Origin: Octopus vulgaris
Lineage: Eukaryota
Direction: 5' to 3'
Length of the DNA: 64,000 nucleotides
Assembly (NCBI GenBank): GCA_951406725.2
Contig: OX597814.1
Span: 167,338,001 to 167,402,000, forward strand
Under the pieces are notes generated by a model. The model was given only the letters and a program-made list of their open reading frames with translations. It was not told the origin of the DNA and searched no databases. The position numbers and the translations under genes are program-made. Of this stretch, positions 37,113 through 50,269 are shown in pieces. Every line of letters begins with the position of its first letter. Position 1 is the stretch's first letter.

Positions 37113-38890
37113 AATGTTCACAGCCAAGTTTCTATTTCCATTAAGCCATTTCATTTTACTCACATTTCTAATATACTCCAGCCAGGCATGAACATTATAA
37201 GTTCCGTTTTTCCTTCTCTTATAAAATATCCAGACCCTATGGGCATATAAGAAACAATCACTTGTCTTGATTTCTTTATAAATCTTTTTGATATGATAAC
37301 CTTTAGCTGCTTGTAAATATTTGACAAATAAATCAGTTGTTCAAATAATTAATTAGTTCAAATTAAGTAATCGTTATTTTGGCATGCTTGGCAAGTTGTT
37401 TTGTTTATTGTTTTCTTTTTGCTTTTCTAATTATCATCCAATATTTTATTTTTCAAACTGAAAACCACCAATAATGCGATGGAGCAGCAACATCATAAAA
37501 GCATCGGATACAATGCCTCGTGGTATTCAGTCACATCCCTTTACATTCTACAAAGTTCAAATCTGCAAAGGTCAGCTTCGCCTTTTATCTTCCTGGTGTC
37601 GATTTAATAGATTGTACCATCTCCCATCTGATGAAAAAATTATAGCTTTGTACCAATAATACCAAAATATTAAAACTATCTGAAGCAATACAATAGATTT
37701 TACTTCTGAAGTTTTTTTTTTTTTTAGTGTGCTTCATTGAGCAAATATATTATTAGTATCACTATAAATTAGTGAGTCTATCACTAAGTTTTATTAATTC
37801 ATTAGCAACTGATGATCTGATGAAAGCAATTGAATTGGCATGTTCAATACTTGTTGTTGGAATGTTGTTCACAATAGAAATCTGGTTGTAGAGAATATCT
37901 TACTAGAGGTGGTATATTATATTAATATTGATTTCTTATATTAGAATAATACAATCACAGCTGCTAAAGTCAATCAAGTGATTGGCAACCAGCTATCCAA
38001 ATGATAAAAACACTTAGCACCCATTGGCTCATTTCAGTATTTGTTCTGTAAATGGGAATTATTGGTAGTTAATATAAACAGCAGGAGCACTGTTTAATTA
38101 AAAAGTGTTTCATTAGTGCACAATCCTAAGTTCAAACATCCTATAGGCCTGAAAAAAATCTCCTGAAACTAGCTTTCTGAAATCTTGTCGATAACATTGC
38201 AAATAAAATGAAACTTCACACTTTGAAAGTGTACTGTGTGACTTTTAGTAATAGAATTTTCTTTGACTCTGAAGATTTTCACAAGTCTCTTTCATGTGTT
38301 AAAATACTGGTGGTGGTGGTGATGATGTTGATGACAATGGTGACAACGACAACGATAATCATTTAAACCAATACCTTTATCAATTTCATAAAGCTTATAT
38401 ATCATTCTTTTCATTTTTTTTTTTAATCTTTCATCACTAAGCAAACAATATCACCAATATAATTCAATTCTGCCAAATTCTTTTCATAAACCCATTCACT
38501 TACCTTTTCTTTTATCATCAGTTGTTTCCTTCTAGCCATAATTTATTAGAATAGCAAACAAGAGGACCAAATGGATTACACTCCCAACTTCAAATTTGTT
38601 TGAGACCTACTTGTCTATGTTTACTTAACATTATTTTCTTCAATGTATTGCATTGCTTAGATTGACATAATTTTCAATCTATAAGTTTATGTGCACAACC
38701 AAAGGCATTTTCATGGTCTACAAAAGCCATTATCAGGTGTTACTTGAACCTGGTGTATTATTATATAATATATCTGAACAAGAATATCTGGTCAATACCT
38801 TTTATTTACCAGTTGCTTACTTGTTTATTGTTTAGTATATTTTACTAAAGCAATCTCTAACCAGTGCAAGATACCCAAACTTTGGGTATA

Positions 38891-40363
38891 CAGTATACCC
38901 CCACTTATTTGCAGTTCAGCATTCGTGGTCCTGGTTATTTGCGGAACTAATAATTGTTTGCAGAAACCACCGCATATTTGCAGAATCATAAATATCCTCT
39001 GTGATTTTTTATAGCCTTTTTCATGGCAATATATATTTTTTCACACTTTTTAAGGCTAAATTATTAATATTAATATACCGTATTTGCTGGTTTACTGGAT
39101 GCCTCTTTGCAGCTGAAGGTCCCTCTGATTAGAATAGCCACACACCATGTCACATGATTTTTTTTAGATACAAGTACACTGTATCTTGTATCTCTTATTC
39201 CTGCTTTCAATCAAAGCTTGCTAATTAGTATGGCGACTACCAGGACATTTTTAAAAATCATCACTACATTTGATCATACATATTGTTTCTTTTCGACAGG
39301 ATAATTTTTAAGGTCATGAGCCAATATAGCCTCATTGAAATTGGGTTACTTGCTGGTCCTCTCTCTCTCTCTTTCTATCTCTCTCTCTCTCTCTCTCTCT
39401 CATTATTTTAGTATAGATTACTGTATCTAGTGGTAATACAAACTAAATTTTTCAAAACCATGATTATTTTTAATCTCGACTCAATCTCTCATTGGTGGTA
39501 TGTGCATATTAGATGCAATGAAGATTTTTTGCATCCTTCAAGGCACTTTAAACTCGGAACTCTCTCCAACACTTTGTGGGCGAGATGGATTCGGACAAGA
39601 ATTTCAAGTAAAAGGAGTACTGGCATAACTTCACGATCACAACATGCCTGTCAGTCATCCATGCGCTCTTAAAGAATGGTAAAAGAAGCCCTCATCATAT
39701 GCTGGAAGAAGGTGTGGCCAGAGTGTGTCCAGGACTACAAGGGCTTCTCACTTGAAGATATTCAGCATGAGGCTGTCAACAATGCAGTGAAACTGACAAA
39801 GGTACTTTGCGGCAAAGGCTTTGACAACATCACACAAGATGAGGTCAACAACCTCATCGATGCCCACTCTGAAACCCTGACAAACAAAGATTTGTTGGAG
39901 TTAATGAAGTCTGCCAGTAAAGAGGAGGAGGAAGTGCCAAATCCAGAGGAAGAGGAGGATGAGGTGTGCCTGGCAATCAAACGTTTGTCTGGCCTTTTAA
40001 GGACAGCAAAGGAATTGCAAGGGAAGGCGGAAGCATGGGATCCCTATGTGGTTCAGTCTTTCCAATTTGATAATGTCATCGATGCTGCTATGCAGACTTA
40101 CGAAACTCTTCTCATCACCATGAAGAAACGACAGCAACTTCTCATTACAATGTTCCTCAAACCCACCAAGAAAGCCTTGCACAAAGACACGACATTCCCT
40201 AAAACACCTGAAGAAGAGGCATCACCCGAAGAGCCTTAAATCTTCTTTCCTGTGCGGTCAGTACCTTCATTATTTTCATCATCATTGTCTTAAATCAATA
40301 TCATTCATTATTGGTGAGTAACAGTACATTTTACTTTAATTTTTATTAAATTATTATTAAATG

Positions 40364-40413
<50 letters not shown>

Positions 40414-40531
40414 TTTACATTATATTTTGACATTTATAGGCATTTTTATGGACCACATCTAATATTCACGGTTTTTCACTATTCACCGGTACTCTAAGAA
40501 CATAACCCCCATGAATACCGGGGGACTACTG
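38891..40531 (+). mobile_element. Tigger/pogo DNA transposon, internally deleted
   Basis: TA|CAGTAtaCCCCC...GGGGGacTACTG|TA; carries a transposase C-terminal ORF. Confidence 0.9.
39676..40239 (+). pseudogene. Tigger-like transposase C-terminal remnant
   Basis: 'CWKKVWPECVQDYKGF...GFDNITQDEVNNLIDAHSETLTNKDLLEL...WDP...KKRQQLLITMFLKP'; most of the DDE domain is missing. Confidence 0.85.
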
Positions 40532-40854
40532 TATGTTGATTTCATCATTATCACCTAAGGTCCGCTTTTCCGTGCTTGCACGGATAGGACGGAGTTTGTT
40601 GAAGTGGATTTTCTACAGCCAGAAGCCCTCCCTGTCATCACCCTCACCTATTTCCTGGCAAGGTAATAAATACTTTCCCATGGTCAGACACACTTTTCAT
40701 GGAAGACTGGAAACAAACAATCTAACTTGTATAATTATGATGCTCATTTATAATCATCAGGCAATATCCAAAGATAAACACACGTGTATGCACATGCACA
40801 CACACACACACACTCACAAACACACACACATACATACACGCGGACATATATATA

Positions 40855-41730
40855 TGAGGGGGTACCCAAAAGAAACTGGAATTTTGCAGTATTATTTTAT
40901 TCACTTAGTTCTACATGTTTACACTTTTATCGCCTTCAAAATATTCTCCATTTGAAGCAATGCATTGGGTCCAGGTGCATTTTCCAATATTGGAATCAGT
41001 GCTGGAATTCTTGAAAAGTGACACCTTTTAATGCCTCCATCGTTTCTTTCTTCACCTCTTCCACATCGGCAAATTCTGTAGCACCAGCTTTCATTACCAG
41101 TGATGACTTTTGAAAAAAGGTTTATATCAACTTCCAACTCTTCTCTCAGTTTGTGACATGCATTCAGTCATGACTGCTTTTGATCTTCTGTGAGTAAGCC
41201 AGGCACAAATTTTGCTGCAACTCTTTTCATTCACAATTCCTCACACAAAATTCACTGGCAAGAGCTCTAAGACACACCAGTCATATCAACAAGTTCATCA
41301 ACTGTTCAGTGATGATCCTCCAAGATCAGTTCATGAATTTTCATGCCCTGAACGAGGTTGGTCCTCAAGTGATAAGTGACCATTCCTAAACCATGAAAAC
41401 CCACTCATGAACTTGTGTTTTACTCATGGCAGAAGCCTTGTAAGCTGTTTGAAGCATGACGACTGTTTTGCTCATCGTTTTCCCCAACAGAAAACAGAAT
41501 TTCAGGGAAGCACACTGTTCTTTCGTTTCAGCCATCACAAAAATCAATGAACAGGAGAGAAGCACTGTAAAACAAAGATGCACCATATGACAGTATGAAA
41601 ACACTGGAAAATGCTGGTCAGCAGACTGATGCCTGAGAGTCACATCAAGTGGCTTCCAGCAGCAGAAGTCTGAACTACAATAGGCTTGTCCCACAGAGAA
41701 CGTTTCCAGTTACTTTTGGGTACCCCCTTG
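40855..41730 (-). mobile_element. Mariner element, deleted and decayed
   Basis: TIRs gggggtacccaaaag.aactggaa with TA flanks; 'EQCASLKFCFLLGKTMSKTVVMLQTAY..MSKTQVHEW' and 'LFSKVITGNESWCY'. Confidence 0.9.
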
Positions 41731-41837
41731 TATGTATATATATATATACAATATTCTTGACCAATAAGCCATGTGCCCTCACTACATACATATATTAATA
41801 CATATATACATAGACAAGTAGGTCTCAAACAAATATA

Positions 41838-42050
41838 TATGAAAAGTTCCTGACTTTGGGTAAATAAAAATAGAGGAGGATCACTTAATTATGATTTTAT
41901 TCAATATATTCCCCTCTCAAATTCACACACTTATTGCAGTAGTCCTTCAGCTTTTCTAAGCCCTGTAAAAGAACTTGGAAGTTTGTGCTGCTAACTAACC
42001 AGGCCTTTTGAGATACCCTTTAAGCTAGGAACCTTCCAGCACCCTCATGT
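41838..42050. mobile_element. Mariner-type MITE
   Basis: tgaaaagttcctgactt / aagctaggaaccttccagcaccctcatgta imperfect TIRs. Confidence 0.55.
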
Positions 42051-42707
42051 ATGTGTGTGCATTTGTGTGAGTGTGTGTGTGCATATGTGTATGTACATGT
42101 GCGTGTTGTACCTGTGTGTATGTGCACCCTCATATGTATGTGTATGTGTGTGTGTGTTGCTTGGTAAGCAATGTTTGTAGAGCAGGATGAACATGTCTGT
42201 TGCAAGCTTGCTGATGTCCAATGAGTCCAATTTGAGACAACAGGCACAACCATGGAGGCTGCATGGGAATGAAGGTAGGTTGTAGTGCCCTTGTCTTTCA
42301 GCTTTCTTCTTTTGTCCACAAGGATGGTCTTGCAAGTGTCTTCAAAGGAAGTTGTTGCCCAGTGGACAGTGGGATGACAAGCTTCATGGTCAGTGGCAAG
42401 AACAAACTACTGGTGATAATCAGTGTGGCAGGTACCAAGGTGCCACACAGTGGAACTGAAATCCAAGTCTATATGGTTGGGAAGCAAGCTTCTCAACTAC
42501 ACACCCTTACTTGCACCTACTATTACATAGATGAGTTGCAGAATCAGTTAAAAACAGAAAAAAATAGAAGAAAGGAATTAAATGAAAGAGCAAGAAAGCA
42601 ATCAAATAATTGAGTATGTAATTGTAAGATAGAGGATCAATAAAGGATACAGTAACGTTTGAGAGGAATTCAATAAGGTGGTAGATTAACAGAATCATTG
42701 GATAAAA

Positions 42708-43014
42708 CAATGATTCTCAACTGGGGTTCATATGACCCTTGAGGGTCCATATAAGATTTTTGTGTATCTAGGCAAGCAAAATAGTAAATTGGAGACCTAC
42801 ACAAATATTTTAAGGGTCCATGAAAACATTTTGTTATAGATGTATTTATTACAAGGAATAGCTGTTTCTTTCTCTAATGTGTGAAAAACAAAGTAAAAAT
42901 TTTGAAAGGTTTATCTATAAAAGTAGTTTTAAACATCAAATGGCTGTTGGGGTCCACCAGAGAAAAATAGTAACCAACAGGGGTCCACAGATGAAAGATG
43001 GTTGAGAACCACTG
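42708..43014. mobile_element. hAT-type MITE
   Basis: caatgattctcaac...gttgagaaccactg; 8-bp flanks ggataaaa / agatagaa (6 of 8 match). Confidence 0.75.
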
Positions 43015-43046
43015 AGATAGAATCTTTCATGGTATTTCTTTGGGTT

Positions 43047-43496
43047 TGTAGTGACACCTGGTTCCAGACGCCATTTTGGGATTTTCATCCATGCATGCAC
43101 AGGGATTACAGCCTTCCAGAAGGCCTGCTGGAAGCCCCTTATGTGCATGCACAATAATCAGCAGCAGTTAGGCTTGACCACCATTCTCTCTCTCTTCGGC
43201 CCCGGCTTCAGACCAGACAGGATGCAACTTAGACCAGCTCTGTGGAGCTGGAATTCTGATGGCAAGTGACGTTGCAAGTCTGTGGAAATGCCTTCGTATT
43301 TTTGTGTCTAACTACCAACCCTGCTGCTTCCACACCAAGGCGTCCAGGCTACCGATGTTCAGAGACGAAATGTTTATTCAGGTGAAATAAATTATTATTG
43401 TTATTTGTTCGGAGATTCTTGTTCCCGCTATTTTCCTTTCCACGACAATGTAAGGAATTGTGAGGCACCCATCCAGTGCCAACCTCACTTCCTACA
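43047..43496. mobile_element. Solo LTR (same family as 1054-1486)
   Basis: TGTAG...CTACA; 4-bp TSD GGTT on both sides. Confidence 0.85.
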
Positions 43497-43879
43497 GGTT
43501 CATTGCCCTCTAAGATCAAATTACACTAAGATCAACTTTGTCTTTCATCCTTCAGGGCACTGCAATAAAAAAGATTACCATTCTAGGTGGATTGATTGGC
43601 AAAGCTGTCAGAAAGAGGGATGCCTTGCAATATTTATTCTGGCTTTTTAAATTCTAACAGCAATATTTGTGGCAACACTAGTGCCATGTTGTTTGGTCCT
43701 ATGACAATGACCTTTCTCTTGGACAAGATTAGTGGTATGGAGAGAAAAGACTTGCATGCATGGGAAATGGTAAATCTTCAACAAAAACAGTAAAAATTTT
43801 TTTAAATCCCCTTGCCCAGGCCTGCATATACATGACCATCCCCGACTGATGGAGGCCCTAGATAATTGTGTTACATTTG

Positions 43880-44075
43880 CAAGCATGGCTGTGTGGTAAG
43901 CAGTTTACTTCCCAACCACTTGGTTTCAATTTCAGTCCCATTGTGTGACACCTTGGCCAAATGTCTTTTACTGTAGCCACAGGCTGACCAAACTTTGTAA
44001 GTAAATTTGGTAGATGGAAACTGAAAGAAGCTTGTTGTAAGCACATGTGTGTATGTATGTGTCTGTGTGTGTGTG
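43880..44075 (+). mobile_element. Family-B SINE, 5' half
   Basis: gcatggctgtgtggtaag...caccttggccaaatgtc...ggaaactgaaagaagc. Confidence 0.75.
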
Positions 44076-45408
44076 CATAAAAAGTGGATGTCAAAACGAC
44101 GGCGACATCGATGATGTGTAATGAAGCAGTCGCTAAGTAAATTTATGAAAACATAAATTTAATTAAGCTTAATTAATATCAGTAGTGGAATAAACAACAG
44201 TAAAATACGTTAGTAATGATGTTTAAAGAACTACAATTTTTTCTATAAATATAGCGCAAACGTGGAAAGCTTGAACCTCTTTGCAAAAGCTGCAGTAATT
44301 GTCTTTCCACCTCTGACGAAAGAATAATTTATGTATAAGAAGAATATTAAATACTGAAATGGCAGTGAAACTTAGAGACCAAAACAGCACATAACAGGAA
44401 AAGAAAAAAATTTTTCAACATAGTATACAAGAATGATCAGAAAAATAAGAAAGTGATGCTATGAAATGAAATTAATTGATAATTCGACTATGAAGCGGTA
44501 TTGTTCTATCCTAATAAATTAGAAACATTCAGAGTCGTCTCCCTTGTATGCTGACCGCAGAATGACGTTAGCGTGCTCCTTAATATTTTACTTCAGCATC
44601 ACATCTAGTTCTAGAGTTGTTATTTCTTGTATTGAAAACATTAGAAATATTCAAATCCATTTTTATTAGCAAAGCGCGCGAAGCAGATGCACATATTTAC
44701 AAAAATATTATTTATACAGGAATTATGAAGCCGAAAAAAGGTTATATATCTGCTATAAAAATTGAGGTTACCAGCAATGGGGCGACCGTTCCCAGCGAGC
44801 ACATTTGTCTAAATTGGCGCTTTTCAACAATTTTTTAAAACTCATTAGTTATCCATATCTGGTTTAAGTTTCACACATAATGGCAATATTACTGAAACAT
44901 GAAATTAATGAATATAGAAATAATTATGTATATTATAACTATTGAAATATTTTGCGTAATATAAGAGAAATGAGTTTTTAAAATTGTTTGGTGTCACGAC
45001 GCCTTTGTTTTTACGTGCTCACTCCACCTAACTTTAAAACCTGTCTGCCAGAAATGCTAAAATATTTGTCAAAAATTTTGATTCAAGTGATAGAAAATAT
45101 CCCAAAGGAGAATTGGTATTAACTCCCTACTATGAAAATTTTACGTACAATGATGAAATATCATGTATTATTATTATAAAATATATTATTTTATTTCTCA
45201 CACAGGTATATGCTTACAAAATGAGAAGTTGTGATGTTCATGCATTTACCAAAGATAATACCGTTTTTTTTTTAGAGTTAACCGATTCCACTTTCTCTGC
45301 GACTTTCTAAGCTGATGCTGTGGGGAAACAAAACAAGAGAGTTATTTCCCCTCCATTTCTAGACCAATACTTTGTACACCTTTGTTAATCGAATATTTTG
45401 GAGTTATA

Positions 45409-46095
45409 TGTAGTCTGATCAATAAGTATCCGGACTGTTACCATAGTAACGAAAATAAAGCCCGCAGAATGAAGCCGCTTGACACAGATAGACCTTGAAC
45501 TCTGCTGTACATGCGTACTAAGTTTTACCGTTTTAGCTCACTTCTGCTGTTTGCAGCAGTGCCTGGAAAGAACGAGTGTTGCACAAACTTGGCATACACA
45601 TATCTCATACCCAAATCTTCAGTGATAATGGACTGTATTGAACCGTAACTAATCTACACATCCTCTGATAACTCACGGATGGTGATTCGATGATTTCCAA
45701 TCACGGCTGCACGCACATCGACGATGTTTTTCTTAGTTCTGCTGGTTGCGGGTCTCCGAAAACGTTCGTCAATATCGACATTTTTCCAGCCATCTTGGAA
45801 ACGTCTGAACCTTTCGTACACTTATGTGTGACTCATACACTCCTCTCCATGCACTGTTTGCAAATTTGCGTAGGTCTTTGAGCAGGTGTCGCCATGACAA
45901 CTTTCTCTGTCACGAGCACACGCTACACACCTTCCTTCCAAGCACTGCTGTAAACAGCGGAAGTGAGCTAGAATGTTAAAACTTAGTGCACATACACAGT
46001 AGAGATCAAGGTCAACCTTTACCAAGCAGCATCACTCTGTGTGCTTTAGCTTTGCTACTATGGCAACAGTCCAGATACTTCTTGATCAGACCTCA
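45409..46095. mobile_element. Non-autonomous mariner element with long TIRs
   Basis: TA flanks; gtctgatcaataagtatccgg...gatacttcttgatcagacctca; same family as 20939-21809. Confidence 0.85.
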
Positions 46096-46770
46096 TAACT
46101 TGTTTAGCAAGTGACGATCTGAGACTGTATGTTGAAATTGCTCACAAGCTTTTCCTCCTTTACAAGGCTCAACTACAGCTCTTCCAATCAATTATTAACT
46201 ACTCCAATTTTACTCTTCATTTTCTCCCAGATTATCAACTGTTTTTTTTTTGTTTGTTTTTCCTGACAACTTTTTCTTGAATATGTTTATATATTTACAA
46301 AAAATTTGATTTATTATTAAGATTGGCTTTAAATACCCGTAATGTCAAAATAAAATGATCTGAAATTGCCTGAGTTGCCTGAATACTGAACTCAATAACC
46401 CAGTCTGTCAAATGGCTTATCTTGAAACAGTTTCAGTAATCTGTTGAAAACATCCAGTGTGCACACAATGTGCTACACAGTAAATTATTGATATCCTTTA
46501 TCTTTTTATTGAGGAAGCTGTTTATTTGTTATGTCAATTTAGTGATTACTCTTTTACTCCTTTACTTGTTTCAGTCATTTGACTGTGGCCATGCTGGAGC
46601 ATCACCTTTAGTCGAGCATATTGACCCCAGGACTTATTCTTTGTAAGCCTAGTACTTATTCTATTGGTCTCGTTTGCTGAACTGCTAAGTTACGGGGATC
46701 AGCATCATTTGTCAAGCGATGTTGGGGGGACAAACACAGACACACAAACATACACACACATATATGTATA

Positions 46771-47025
46771 TAAGAGATAATGGTGTCATTGAGACCCAAA
46801 GATGTCAGGTAATGCTGAATAAGTGCTATAGACAGACCATAGTTAAGTTCCAGATTCAGTAATTTTGCGAATAAGGGGTTCAACATAACCATCCTCTCAC
46901 GCCGTCTCCGATGATGGGATATAATTAATAAATATCCTAGAAACAGCTGTAAGACCTTCTATCTATAAATGCTCTGATATCTACACAGCCTTGGTTTTTT
47001 TATCTTATTACGCAAAAAATTCTTA
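46771..47025 (+). mobile_element. Penelope-like terminal-repeat fragment inserted in a (TA)n tract
   Basis: Absent from other family-B copies; carries a minimal hammerhead motif. Confidence 0.55.
46904..46955 (+). ncRNA. Candidate minimal type I hammerhead ribozyme (U4C variant)
   Basis: GUCU-CCGAUGA-UGGGAUAU aauuaauaa AUAUCCUA-GAAA-CAGCUG-UA-AGAC; 8-bp helix II, palindromic helix III, GUA site. Confidence 0.65.
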
Positions 47026-48661
47026 TATATATATATCATATATGACAGGCTTCTTTCAGTTTCCATCTACCAAATTCACTCACAAGGCTTTGGTGGGCCC
47101 AAGGCTGTAGTAGAAGACACTTGCCACACAGTGGGACTGAACCCGGAACCATGTGGTTGGTAAGCAAGCTACTTACCACACAGCCACTCCTACGCCTATG
47201 TTTTATTTTTGTATTGTTTTATTTCTGTATTGAAATCAGCTGGCTATGTTGTCTATGAATCCCATCTGTTGCTCATCTTCTGGATTTAAAGTTGCCTAAC
47301 ATGACATTCAATTGCAGTATGCACTGACAAACTACACTCTTTCCCCTTCTCCTGCTTTCTTTTTCTCTTCAACCCTCATTCTTTAAGTTCTAGTATACCT
47401 CAAAGTGTTGTTACATCTTCCACTCTCACCTTCTGTACATTAACAACCTATACATTGTCTCTTCTAACCACACATACTCCTATGCGGATAATACCACTTT
47501 CATTTCTTGACTTTCTGCATACAAGTATTATCTACATATGACCTACACATTTACAACAAATAAACAGCTTGAAAAAATTTGCAATGGTGATGTGGAGACA
47601 ACCTGGTCTCCATTAGTAGCACTAAGATAAAGTTACTGCACATGTCAATAAAACAGCTTATACTATATCCTCTATATTATTGAGCAAATCACAATTAAGT
47701 CCCTCTAAGTTACTACTGTAAGTGCTAGTGCTCACAATCTTTGATTCTTTTTTTTTTTTTTAGCAACATCATGTATAGCATTGTTAAAATTTTAATATTT
47801 AGCTGTTGAACTTCAACAAGAGTCAAGAAAAACTCACATTGGAAAATTGTTATCTGTGTTGGTTTTGTTACTACACACAGACTACATAAAAAAAAACCCA
47901 TTTAGGTGTTTTAACTCAGATTCATTCACCAACAAACTAAAGCCATAACTTAGCTTCCTCTTCCAGCCCCTTCTATTGACTATTCTCTGTTAGTATTATG
48001 CCTATCCCCTTTTTATCTCAGGTTATCAATGGCCATTTTTCTCTCTCTTTTCTTCCCTCCCTCCCGCCCCCCTCTCTCTCTCTCATCTGCTACCATGTCT
48101 TTCAACTTCCTTGATCTTGTAATATGTATCTTGACCGATCAATTTTCCCAGAACTGCAGCACTTTGATATCTGTTCCTCCCTCCACGTTTTCTCTGTAGC
48201 TGTCAAATTACAGAAATTCAAACTAAATATCAACTACTTAACTACTTAAATCCTTCAGGTCTGTGAGAGCCTACGAAGGTCATTGACACAGCTTTTCATT
48301 CCCCAATTAATCTTAATAGATGTGAAAAAGTAGCTATTATAAATTATCAGTTGTTATATGTCATCTCCAGTCTAATGGAATTGTGTGAATGCTGACGCAA
48401 TAGTTAAAATGAGATTAAAAACGTATTAAAAAATTCTTTGCTTAGTTGGATTCCTACGTCTATAGCCTGTTGCTAAGCTTGTCAAGGCGGAAAAGTTCGT
48501 CTGCACTTACAAGTTGGTAAAAACGGATACTATTTGTGACTTGAGCCAATGAAGGGTTTTTACATTGTCATTCGACCTGCTAGAAATACAGCAGCCAAAT
48601 TTCCCTCAAACCAAATTCCACATCTTAAGGAAAGGCATATTAAATAATTGATTATATATAT

Positions 48662-48870
48662 AGTCAATCTAAACATGAACAAGCAAGGAAAAACAACAAC
48701 GCGAGGACGTGGAACAAGTACTGTTTTTGGGCGCTCAGGAAAGGAAAGAAAAGAAGGAGAACTTCACGTTTCGAGCGGAGCTCTTCATCAGTAATATAGA
48801 AAAAGTCCAAAGAAGGGAAGACGGAGAAAGAAAATTGGCAACGATACAAACATGGTCACATATTGAAATG
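48662..48870 (-). mobile_element. Penelope-like terminal-repeat fragment
   Basis: Homologous to 9524-9730; next to (TA)n; contains a hammerhead motif. Confidence 0.6.
48761..48794 (-). ncRNA. Ultra-minimal hammerhead motif, probably inactive
   Basis: uua-CUGAUGA-aGAGC ucc GCUC-GAAA-CG-UG-aagu; canonical core, but GUG at the cleavage site and poor helix I. Confidence 0.55.
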
Positions 48871-48894
48871 TGTAAATATACAGAAATATATAGA

Positions 48895-49073
48895 TATTTC
48901 GTCTGTCGTTACGTTCTGAGTTCAAATTCCGCTGAGGCCGACTTTGCCTTTTCCTTTCGAGGTCGATAAATAAAGTACCGGTTTCGCACTGGGGTCGATG
49001 TAATCGACTTAATCCCTTTGTCTGTCCTTGTTTGTCTCCTCTATGTTTAGCCTCTTGTGGGCAATAAAGAAAT
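48895..49073 (+). mobile_element. Family-A SINE (5' truncated, CpG-rich)
   Basis: Matches the 6332-6515 unit. Confidence 0.85.
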
Positions 49074-50269
49074 ATATATATACACATTGATAGATAGACA
49101 GATAGGTAAACCCGTTCGAATACTAGTGCTTAAGATGAAATCCCCAAATAAATTGCAATGAAATACTGATCTGATATCTTCCTAGTACTAGAAGATGAAA
49201 ATAAAAAATACTTAATGAGGAGTTAGAATGTATAACGAAATGTAAGTCCTCTGTAAGAATGACCATCCGACACAAGATTATTTTTTCTTGTTTTTGTTTA
49301 TTTACTCTCTGGGTTAATATCTATTGTAAAGATGTGATATCAGTTTAGGGATTTTAAAAAAGTTTTTGTATTTTGATTGTTCATAAAATTTGATATGAAA
49401 TATCTCAGTATTTGCACATTTAGTTTTTGCTTGTAAATAAGTAGCCGGCTTTTATTCAAAGCCTTGCATCCGTGAATAAAAGGAGTGGTATACTTATGTT
49501 ACGACATTGCTACATGACTTAAATGTATTGGGGCAAGCCTATGAATATATGAGACAATAATTTAGTCTATGAGACGTTATATATGCTGCATTTTTTAAAA
49601 AAAAGTATAGTTACAACTGCACAAAATCTGAAAACTGAATGTGAGCGCCATGTAGTACTTTTGAAAAATGACTAATTCTAATTGATTTATTATGTAAAAT
49701 AGTTGGAACCGATATTGTTATACTTTGGGAAGATCCGTTCCGTAAATTAAAACACAGGCAGCGGTTGTAATTCACAAAGAAAAATAATAAAAATAGTATC
49801 CAGTGGTAGTACTATATCATTGACGAAAGCTAGACTTAAATACTACTGTGAACTATTGAACTGTAGTATTTAATTAAGCCCCTTGTTGTTTCGAATAAAA
49901 AAATCCGGCGAGGGTCAATTTTGTCATCCCATAGGAATCGGTAAAATAAGCAATACACTACAAAATATACTTAAAACGATTCAATCGATGAAACTCAGTC
50001 TTCATAACTTTTTGGGTTAGTGCCAAAGTTAGAAATCAATAAAGACCTAAGGTTTTGTGTTTGACTTATGGGAGATCCAGTAAATAAATTTTATAATTAA
50101 AAAAAAAGGCATCGAAACAACTAAAATATGATAGATGTTGTTCAGATTGATTGAACCGTAAAATGCTTTCGAATTAATCCGTATATATATATATAAGATA
50201 TAACAAATATTCGTACATTTACACAGAAATTATAACTACGGAGAAGGGCAAATCTCAGTATATATAGAC

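Larger units (their letters stand above)
46546..47196 (-). mobile_element. Family-B SINE interrupted in its microsatellite by a 255-bp insert
   Basis: Collinear with 27553-27972 apart from 46771-47025. Confidence 0.85.

Noticed and set aside
39676-40239. Domesticated TIGD-like host gene
   Set aside because: Flanked by TIRs and TA TSD and missing most of the transposase; a transposon remnant.
1054-43496. A single 42-kb LTR element bounded by the two LTRs
   Set aside because: Each LTR has its own different TSD on both sides and no gag/pol lies between them.
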